In this document: one piece after another, positions 55,247 through 64,000 of the stretch
Layout: the number at the start of each line of letters is the position of its first letter
Position numbering within the stretch: position 1 is the first letter of the stretch
NCBI GenBank assembly: GCA_964304625.1
Contig: OZ199839.1
Span: 4,916,837-4,980,836 of the forward strand
Source of the DNA: Kudoa neothunni
Taxonomy: Eukaryota; Animalia; Cnidaria
Direction of reading: 5' to 3'
DNA length: 64,000 nucleotides
Notes under the pieces: model-generated
What the model was told of the DNA's origin: nothing
Seen by the model: the letters and a program-made list of their open reading frames with translations, nothing else
Databases searched by the model: none
Made by a program: the position numbers and the translations under genes

Positions 55247-55775
55247 ATGAGTAGCTTTTGTGTGTTGTTGGATTGATGTTAACTTTAAACGCATGTAGGT
55301 AAGCCAAAAGGAATAAATTCAGCTAGAAAACTTAGAGTCCATAGAAGAAAGCAAAAGTGGGCTGATAAGGCTTTCAAAAAATCTCATCTTGATACCAAAT
55401 ACAAATGCAATCCATTCGAGGGAGCTCCTCACGCCAAAGGAATTGTTGTAGATAAAATTGGCGTCGAAGCCAAACAACCCAACTCTGCCATTAGAAAATG
55501 CGTTCGTGTTCAGCTCATCAAAAATGGTAAAAAGATCACTGCTTTCGTCCCTAATGACGGTTGTTTGAATTATATCGAGGAAAACGATGAGGTCCTTGTG
55601 TCTGGATTCGGTCGATCTGGTATATTTTGTGGTTTTCTGTGCAATGGTTTGATTGGAAAAAATCTTAGGACATGCCGTCGGTGATATTCCGGGAGTTCGA
55701 TTCAAGGTTGTCAAAGTCGGTAAAGTGTCTCTTAATGCGCTCTTCCGTGGAAAGAAGGAGCGACAAAGAAACTAA
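55247..55775 (+). CDS. RPS23: 40S ribosomal protein S23 (uS12), 3 exons
   Basis: [53 protein letters not shown]; first intron directly after ATG-A. Confidence 0.98.
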
Positions 55776-58437
55776 TTTGTGCATTCTGCCAATATCATCA
55801 TTAGATTTTGATCGTTTTCAACTGGCTATTTTTTCTGTACATAAAAATTTTATCGCGTTATATTCAATGTGAATCAGTTAAGTTTACTGGTTCGTGGCAT
55901 ATCTGTCAGACTAGATTTTAATACTGAGTTGAATTCTTTATAATTAATGAGTTGATTTCATCCTATCTGTTTGGTTTTTACTTGTTACGGCGGCGATCTG
56001 ATAATCGATTTAATTTATTCTGAGGTGGTGATGGTGGTTATTCGTATTATGCTCTTTCTGTGTCGTGTGACATTGCACAATTTACAAGAATAGAAAGTTT
56101 ATAAGACTTCCTTGTCTGTTCTTGCATTTTTCAATTTTATCTGTTTAAAGATTTTTGTTACACTCACCTAGTCCTACTGGGGGTGTAAGAAGCATTTTTC
56201 AATATGGGATTTTAGGTTTAAGTATCAATCAATGAAACAAGTGTCGAAAGCGTTTCTTTTCACGTTGTAATCTGGAGGTTTATTGCATTTGAAAACTTTA
56301 GCATTATTTTCGATCGTATTTTTCGTAGTGATTTGAGATTTAATTTCTTTAAAGCTTTGCTTGTTCATTATAATTATCGACTTATTAAAAATACGCAAGC
56401 CTTATATGCTAGCCAAGGTGTTCACGAAACTGGGGCTGCTTATATTTAGTCTATAATTACATAAATTTCGTTTCTTTGTCCAAAAATCGTTTTTATCCAG
56501 TATAAATTATTTTTTGTAGCTTAATAAGGTTTTATTGATAATATTCTTAGTTTAAAGAAAATACGTGATCCATGCGTTTGAGATTATACAGAAATGTTGG
56601 GTTCATTTTAATTCGTTCGGTTAGCTCGATTTCAAATTTTGGCAATCTTTTGACTATAATATTCTGTAAAACCTGAGGGTTTATTAACTTTAAATTTTTA
56701 AAATTTTACGAATTCGATAATATAGAGTAAGTTCTCGACTGAGATAGATACTTTAGCTGTTATGTAATAATCTTTTTCTAATAAAGGGATTGTCAGCCTC
56801 AAAAATAATTTATTCTAATAGAACGTATCTGCTTAAATAGATAGAAAAAAGGTATAACATTAATAAATAAATCTAAAATTTCTTAAGACACTTAAAAAAT
56901 TGTATATGCATTAAAATTAATGCAAATATTGTGTCAAACGTATCAATTTAACTTAAAGAAGATTATTTATCTGTTAGATTATGAGGTTCAGCTTTTGTAA
57001 ATTCTTATTCGAAAAATGAGATTTTTATTATGTGGTTTCAGTTGACCAATAAACGCGTTAGATTTTCAAATATTTAAATTATTTGGTACGAATAGAGTTA
57101 GATACCCATTTTACATTTATTGGATTAATTAGGCCTAAATTAGTTCAATCTTCTTTAACTCGTCATTATTTTTTTATTAGAATTTCATTGAAAAATTTGG
57201 GAAGAATCAGGGGTACTTTCACTATTGAGTCATGTTAAACCTTGCGAAATAAATGAAAAAATAATTTTTCTTTTTATAAAATTTACATCTAATATGAAAT
57301 AGTAACAACCTAGAACTAATTAATTTAATTTACTACATAATCTCTTTCAAGATGTTCAATTAGCCTTGATGTTAGCAAACACAAAAAATCAGGTCTTAAT
57401 TTATCAAGAAAATATATTTTATATAATTACGTTTCCCTATTAATTTTATTATACAAATTAATTTAACTATTAACGAGAGATCAAAAATGCTGGAAAAAAT
57501 TAAAAATTTTTTATTATTATGTTTGGACCTGAATTCATTACAATCACTTTAATCATGATAAAATAATTTGAATATACTGATTGAAAGTGCACCGCATTTA
57601 TTTTTTGATTGCGTTGCTTTTCCGATTTAAATAATTACAAAAGGTTAAAATTGCTATTTTACTGCGATTAAGATTCATATCCTTTGTTTCTTAAAATGAA
57701 TAAATTACAGTATTAATTTATTAACTTTAAAACAAAAATATAGTTTCTAATATTATAATTTAAAAATTTTGTGAGTTATTTACATACCCATTATCACAAA
57801 ATTTAAAAATTTATTTGGAAAACTTTTCGTTAGACTCCACAATTAAACGCTTCTTTTTCGCAAACTTTAATAGTTAGAATTTGTTAATAATATTTAACTA
57901 AATTTTAAACGTTTAATCTATTAATGTGATAAGGCACTTTTTTTGTTTTACAATCTTTAGCTTGAAACATTCGTTCAGTTTATTTTATCGCCGAAAAATA
58001 TATTAATGATTCTGTCTTTAAATGGTAGGGAAGTAATTTGCGTGGAGTCACGCTTTTTTTATAAGTTTCCACAAAAGTGATTCCTAAAAACGTAATACAC
58101 TTCATTATTAATGAATTTCACGTATGATAGAATCGCTTAGGAAATAATGTAAAAAAATTAACTTTGGCAATTAAAAGTTTTGAAAAGGAACTAATGAAAA
58201 AATTAACCTCGCTCACCCACATTTGTCTAACGACACGCACAAATATATACACATCGAGCACTTCCTCACGTGTGCGGTAAATACAGGAATTTCCGTACAA
58301 AAAAATGTTTTAAACTCCCCCATTACACTTTCTTATGATACTTTGAATAAAGTATCCATTGTCTCTCGTAAGCTTATTCACAGTTAAGATTTTAGCCATT
58401 ATGAACGATTTATCTTAAACAATTTACCTCACATTAA

Positions 58438-59397
58438 ACCCCTTGTAGATAATCATGGGCTCCACGGGTCAACCCGTTCATTAAATTGGCCTTTTAACCT
58501 AAGATAAGTCATCGTTTAAAACCGGAATTTCATGTAAATTCATTATATTATGTTTTCTAAAGGGTAATATTGTTCATGAACAAATTTTTTTTCCTGATTT
58601 TAAGTCGAGTTTTAACTAAAGTGGATTATTGTTATATCCCTTAATTCTGATTGAATGTTCAATTAATCTCTTATATGTGTTTTTTCTTACAATGATAGAT
58701 CTTATTGGTTCCAGTGATTTTTATCCATCAGACACTGAAAGCATTGCGTCTGATGAATTGAATGAAACTTTTGAAGATTTCCGTTTGATTCGATCATTAT
58801 GAATCTGTTTCTATTTATTAGACCGTTTACTGTTGATACATAATTATCTAATATCTATATAAATGTAAAATTGTGAATTATAATAAAATGTAAAAAAACT
58901 TGTTAAAAATATTTTCCGGTTTTTAATAAAATTACAATTAGGTATATACAAAAAGCAATTAACATAAGAAACTGATTATGATGTTGGAATAAGAATAGAA
59001 AATCTTATAGTGATTTTTCGGTTTTAATTTTAATTGAAGTTTATCCAGTTTTCTTTTAAATAGTATAAGAATAAAAAAGTAATTAAAAAAATCTATTAGA
59101 ATCACGTTTACTTACATGTTCGATATGCTATCTGATATTGAACTTGTATTTTTTACAATTAGCGACGAGTTTATCTGAGCGAATTTTAAAAATACCAAAT
59201 TTTAGTTTAAAGTGTAACAGCCTGAATCAGTGTGTAAAATATGCTATTCAATAATGAGACATCTTTGATGTGTTAATAAAGCCTGAAGACAGTTAACCGA
59301 TTAATTGTTGAGTCCGAAAATTATTAAACCAATCCGACTGGGCTCTTGGAGCCCAGTTCAACCTTTACGTGACTCTCCGATGATCGTCTACAAAGGG
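58438..59397. mobile_element. Non-autonomous piggyBac derivative
   Basis: TTAA flanks; imperfect TIR CCCYTTGTAGAYRATCAT; TGGGCTC subterminal motifs; no ORF. Confidence 0.7.
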
Positions 59398-60626
59398 TTA
59401 ATTGTAATCTATTTAATACTTTCGGATTAAGTTGAAAAAGTTGTATAAAATTTATTTTTAATTTTAATATTATTCTGAAACTATTTTTCCAGGATTTATT
59501 TTGTTTATCATAATATTAACTATTTGGCTGTCAAAATAGCTAAATATTGGCGTCTACAGCATTGCGTGCAGGTCATAACTATTTTCTCATAATTAAATAT
59601 ACTTTCTAATGAATTTTATAGTTTTTATTCCACTTTGTGGATATCAGAAATTAATTCTGTGCAATATTCATTAAATAATTAAGAATGTAGGTTTCTAATA
59701 TCACAAAAATTTAGACGTTATATAATATTTTAATAAATTCAAATTAAATTGAAACCCCAAGTATTATGAGTACGTTGTTTAAATTACTTAGGAAAAAAAT
59801 ATCACAATGAAGAAAATTTATTTATAAAATGTCATTTAATTTAGTCTGGGCGAAGCCATAAATAATTCTCAACCATTAGTAAACTCTAAAGACCACCTGT
59901 AGAATATTAAAAATGCAGGATTATATCAAAAATTGTGTGAATTCCTAAATATTTGGATGTATTTTAGTTTAATATATTAACTCTCTAATCATGTATTAAT
60001 ATCCTAAAATCGTTGTTATGTTAATAGATAACCATAAAACATCTTGAGACTGTTGAGAATGAATAGTCATTAAGAGTTTATACTTTGACGGTAATATCTT
60101 ATTATTATTTCTGAGTAGATCTATTTAATTATCTACATAAGTATTAAAAATATATCAACTTGATTTTTATTCTAATAAAAAGTTTTTAAATATGATTGAT
60201 TATCTTATTTTTTATAAATTAAACAATTTGTTGGCTGTACGAGGTTCGATTATTCCTTTACCTCTTTAACTACGATGATTATGGAAAATTATTAAAAAAA
60301 TAGTCATTAAAATGGTCCAGAATTACCGATTTTGACGAGAAAGGAATTCATTGTTGATTTTTAAAAAAATGATTTGATAAGAGGGTATATATAATATCAA
60401 AATTAGTTGTCATCCATTAGATATTTATCATCTGTAATTATTTCGAATTTTAGTAACCAAAAAAATTGTTGACACCTGAATTTTAAAAGTTCGAAAATTT
60501 ATAAGGAATAAGTCATTGAAAATTTCAGCTCAACATTCTATTCTCTTCTTTTAATTATATTTCAGCATTATTCCCTAGACTATAATTAAATATTAATTTA
60601 AGTGATACGCCTACCTATCTACAGAC

Positions 60627-61230
60627 ATGTTTACGGCTTCTTTCAAAATTATGTTTCTCCCAGTTTTCCTCTTTGTTGGTAGTTATATACTTGTACACCA
60701 CATATATTATACGATCTTAGTTGTAGTTAGCAGCAAACAAACATCTCACATCGAAGAGTTAAATTCATATGAAAATATGGATGAAATGTTAAAAGACATT
60801 GGTCAATGGGATAATGAAGACAAACATCAGTCGGTAGAATGCCAATCATGCATGGTATATACTCACTTATTGTTTTATTTAAATCCAATGTCACAGGAAG
60901 CTGACATGCTTATGAAACTTCTCACTACAGTTCCAACTCCAGCTCGATACATTAAGATTTTTTGCCAAGTAGCCGGAATTCATCGTCAAGAGGTTAAATT
61001 TTTTTAAAAAACTATTCTATAACTATCAATTATAGTGCGCAGAAAAATTCATTGGGGGCTTGCAGTTCTATAAAAGAGTTTTATTGGAAATATCTACTCC
61101 ACGAATTTGTGCAAGATATTGCCAAACGGAAGATAAATATCACAGTGATTTTTGAAAAATGGTCTATTGATCAAGATATTTTCGACCTAGTTTAAGTTTA
61201 TTCGATTATTTCCCTAGATTATGATAATAA
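60627..61230 (+). CDS. Putative secreted Cys-containing protein, possibly saposin-like
   Basis: Signal-like N-terminus, short GT-AG introns, CQSC..IFC..EC..GAC cysteine pattern. 3' end uncertain. Confidence 0.45.
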
Positions 61231-63037
61231 CACCTTTTTTGGCGCACCAAATAATCTTTGTTTTTGGAATGTTGGTTTGTCGTTTGTAGGGTAATTTGCA
61301 GTTGATTTGATGTAAAGTTTCCCATTTTAAATAGACTTGGTGTCTACGAAAAATATTTAATTTTCAGTTAGATTTTTCGTTTTAAATTTTGGTTCATCTG
61401 AGTTTACCTTGTGAGCTCTCTTTCCCGTAATCTTGCTTCCAGGCGCCGCAGTGATGTATAATGGAGTTCCTGAATTCATTAATATTTATTCATTTCAACA
61501 GTTAGATAATACTTAAAAGAATTAAATCTTTCCATTAAAATAAATTTTTATCATCAAATATATAAAAAATGTTTTGTAGAACCTGAATAAATCCTCAAAC
61601 ATATTCATAGGTGGATATATATAGAGAAGTATCATTGTATAAACCCAACTGAATAATTATATAAATTATGGTTTAAATAAATATTTAAAGTAATTATGAA
61701 ACCATTAATCCATCGATGATACAAATATAAGTCACTCAGTTGATCCAAAAAGCGTCCTTTTTACGACTCAACCTTAATAATTTTCAAAAACAATGAATCT
61801 TTCATTTTATATTTTGTGTATTAAAAAATTAAAACATTTTTAATCTATAAAAATCATCAATTAAATATAACAATTCTTTCATATCTAGGAGCTTCCTCAC
61901 TTAATTTTACGATAGTTTCAAACTTTTGAGAAAAATCCCGTTTCTTTCTCTTCGTTATAATGGTCATCTAAACGTTTATTTTTTTAAATTGTTGGAATCT
62001 TAAAATAAGAATAATTGATAAATTAAAATGAAAGCTTATATATATTGATACAATGTCTAAAGTAAGTTTATTATTTTTAAATTAAAAAAGATATTCTCAA
62101 TTAAATTTTATTTATATCATTCAGCTAGGAAAAAAAGTGGTAACTTGTAATATAAATTGATGTTAAGCTCTATTTAATTATTATTTAAAGAATAAGACAT
62201 ATTATATTTTAAAATAAACTAATTTAAATAAATAGCAGAAATTTCGAAAACTAGGCCTTGCAATAAACTTCTCGGAGTTAACTTACAGCGGTTATTCAGC
62301 GTACTATCTTAAATTAATAGAAACAAATAATACGTCTAAGAGATTTAAAATTTACATTAACTATTAGATTATTTATCTATCGCTCCAAAATCTTCGCTAT
62401 ATTTCATCTATAACTATTTATTTTTATCAAATTATCTACAATTATTTTAAAATTTCTTTAACTAACCAAGCGAATAACATATAACCCTAAACCATATATA
62501 TGTCGGGCGCTTCATCAAGGAGCCGAAATGCGATAGAAAGACAAATTAATAGCCTGACCTTAATAACATTTTACTCATCAACCTTATAAAAATTTACATA
62601 CATAAAATACTTAATGTTGTATATTTTATTTAATAAAATTTTGTAAAATATAAAATAGGTATCAATTGATGATTTTTCCATTTTCTGTGATATAAATATA
62701 TATCAATAAAGAAAAAGTTTTCTGTTTAATAGCGTAAGTAATGAGCACATAGAACAATATTTCCATGCAATGGCAATAAAATGGATATTTACTGTTTCTC
62801 AGGCTTAAATCAATAGTGACTAGTTGGCTTGTTTTAAATTATTTTTTAATTAGCGATTAAATAACATCAGTTAATTAATCTACCGTTTTTTATTACTATT
62901 GGCTATTGAAGTGAAGGTGATCCTCTTGGTTACAATTGAGTTTTGCGATGCTTAGCAACAAATAAATAAGTGTTTTTAAACACAAATACAACAGTATAGT
63001 TGTGTAGATCTATTCATTTGGCGCTAATAAGACAATA

Positions 63038-63526
63038 ATGTATTGGAATACGTGCCCACGTAACTTTACTAAATATGGAGTTTTTAAAAAAAAACAACTA
63101 GGAATAGAAAAGGCATGCTATAAGTTGCCGCCCTATCCAATATCATTTCTAATGTGTATGGCTATCGAAAGTAGTCCAAATGGTTATATGGATTACGAGG
63201 AGATAGTGAAATATTTGGGGTATTACTTCCCTTATTTCCGCAGCCAAACCACCCTTTTATTTGAGCTGAATTACATTATTTCAAAGTCTCAATTATTTCA
63301 ATGTAAATCTCATTATGTGGATTGTTATTCGCTGTGTGCGGACCGATTTCCAATGAGATGTTACGCGCCCTCCTATCGAATACAACCTCATTTGTTGTCA
63401 AGTATTCGGTCAATAATTGACCAATTTTGGGACAGAGAATGGTTTCTTTTGGAGCAATCACAAAGTGATACGATCAAAAATCTTATAATATTCACTATGA
63501 TGAAACTCAAAAAACAAATCACATAA
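63038..63526 (+). CDS. Divergent forkhead-domain protein, intronless
   Basis: KLPPYPISFLMCMAIESSPNG..EEIVKYL..YFPYFR matches forkhead helices 1-2. Confidence 0.75.
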   Translation: MYWNTCPRNFTKYGVFKKKQLGIEKACYKLPPYPISFLMCMAIESSPNGYMDYEEIVKYLGYYFPYFRSQTTLLFELNYIISKSQLFQCKSHYVDCYSLCADRFPMRCYAPSYRIQPHLLSSIRSIIDQFWDREWFLLEQSQSDTIKNLIIFTMMKLKKQIT

Positions 63527-63561
63527 AACAATCCACATATTTACACATATCTAACGATATT

Positions 63562-64000
63562 TTAGTGATCGTTTTTGTTAGTTATTTGATTATAAATTTT
63601 GTTGAAAAGTTGTGACATATTTAGCGCCAGTTTAGACACCAATTCCAAATGGACAGCGGTTATACGTGAGTTATATTTGGTTTCGAATTTGTCTGGATGC
63701 CAAAAAATGCGTTGATCTTTAACAAATTTTTTGATGGATTCAGTAGATGTGGTTGAATTATGAGTGAAGAAGCTACCATACAGTGCTACCTCCCCCATTG
63801 ATTTACATAGTTCAGCGAGTTTATTATCATCCATTTCTAGAGTGATGGGGATAACATTTGATGATCTGCCAATATCATCTTGCGTCTTGCTACGCACCTC
63901 AATCGGCCATGGGAAATCATCAATCAACAGTAAATTTTCGTCACAATTATTCGTAAACGATTCGAATCGTTTGACCCACTGTTGATGCAATAACGCTAAA
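63562..64000 (-). CDS. NFKBIL1: NF-kappa-B inhibitor-like protein 1 family, C-terminal part (continues beyond the window)
   Basis: DFPWP..FVKDQRIFWHPDKF..LNMSQLFN matches the family C-terminus. Confidence 0.7.
   Translation of the reverse strand, partial: LALLHQQWVKRFESFTNNCDENLLLIDDFPWPIEVRSKTQDDIGRSSNVIPITLEMDDNKLAELCKSMGEVALYGSFFTHNSTTSTESIKKFVKDQRIFWHPDKFETKYNSRITAVHLELVSKLALNMSQLFNKIYNQITNKNDH

Noticed and set aside
55319-55714. 131-aa minus-strand ORF
   Set aside because: Antisense shadow of RPS23.
56000-60600. Long AT-rich stretch as a structured element
   Set aside because: Apart from the piggyBac derivative, I could not support any ORF, repeat or RNA motif by eye.
1-64000. Prokaryotic origin, CRISPR arrays or rRNA suggested by IS630/IS1595-like ORFs
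   Set aside because: Spliceosomal introns and eukaryotic genes occur throughout; no spaced direct-repeat array or rRNA-like sequence was seen.

Overview
AT-rich eukaryotic DNA with very short spliceosomal introns (mostly about 30-50 bp) and highly divergent animal-like genes. This is consistent with a compact, fast-evolving parasitic metazoan (myxozoan- or dicyemid-like; the taxon is an inference). Roughly the first 45 kb is dominated by decayed DNA transposons: at least six Merlin/IS1595-like remnants, three IS630-Tc1-mariner (ITm) elements, three pogo/Tigger elements, several piggyBac elements and MITEs, hAT, probable MULE and Helitron remnants, and a tRNA-derived SINE. Embedded among them are a tandemly duplicated 3-domain gelsolin/severin gene and an ATP synthase delta / NDUFAF6 pair. 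The last ~19 kb is gene-rich: Kish/TMEM167, a cullin, head-to-head RPL9/RPS23, a degenerate forkhead gene and an NFKBIL1-like gene. Most notable observations: (i) a CGCG box just upstream of start codons of both host genes and transposases; (ii) an ITm family with DD32E spacing and CCGGG termini; (iii) two unrelated transposons converted into long-inverted-repeat foldback structures; (iv) ATP5F1D and NDUFAF6 only 53 bp apart, with a splice path that could fuse them in frame. All exon boundaries and counts were read by eye and are approximate.
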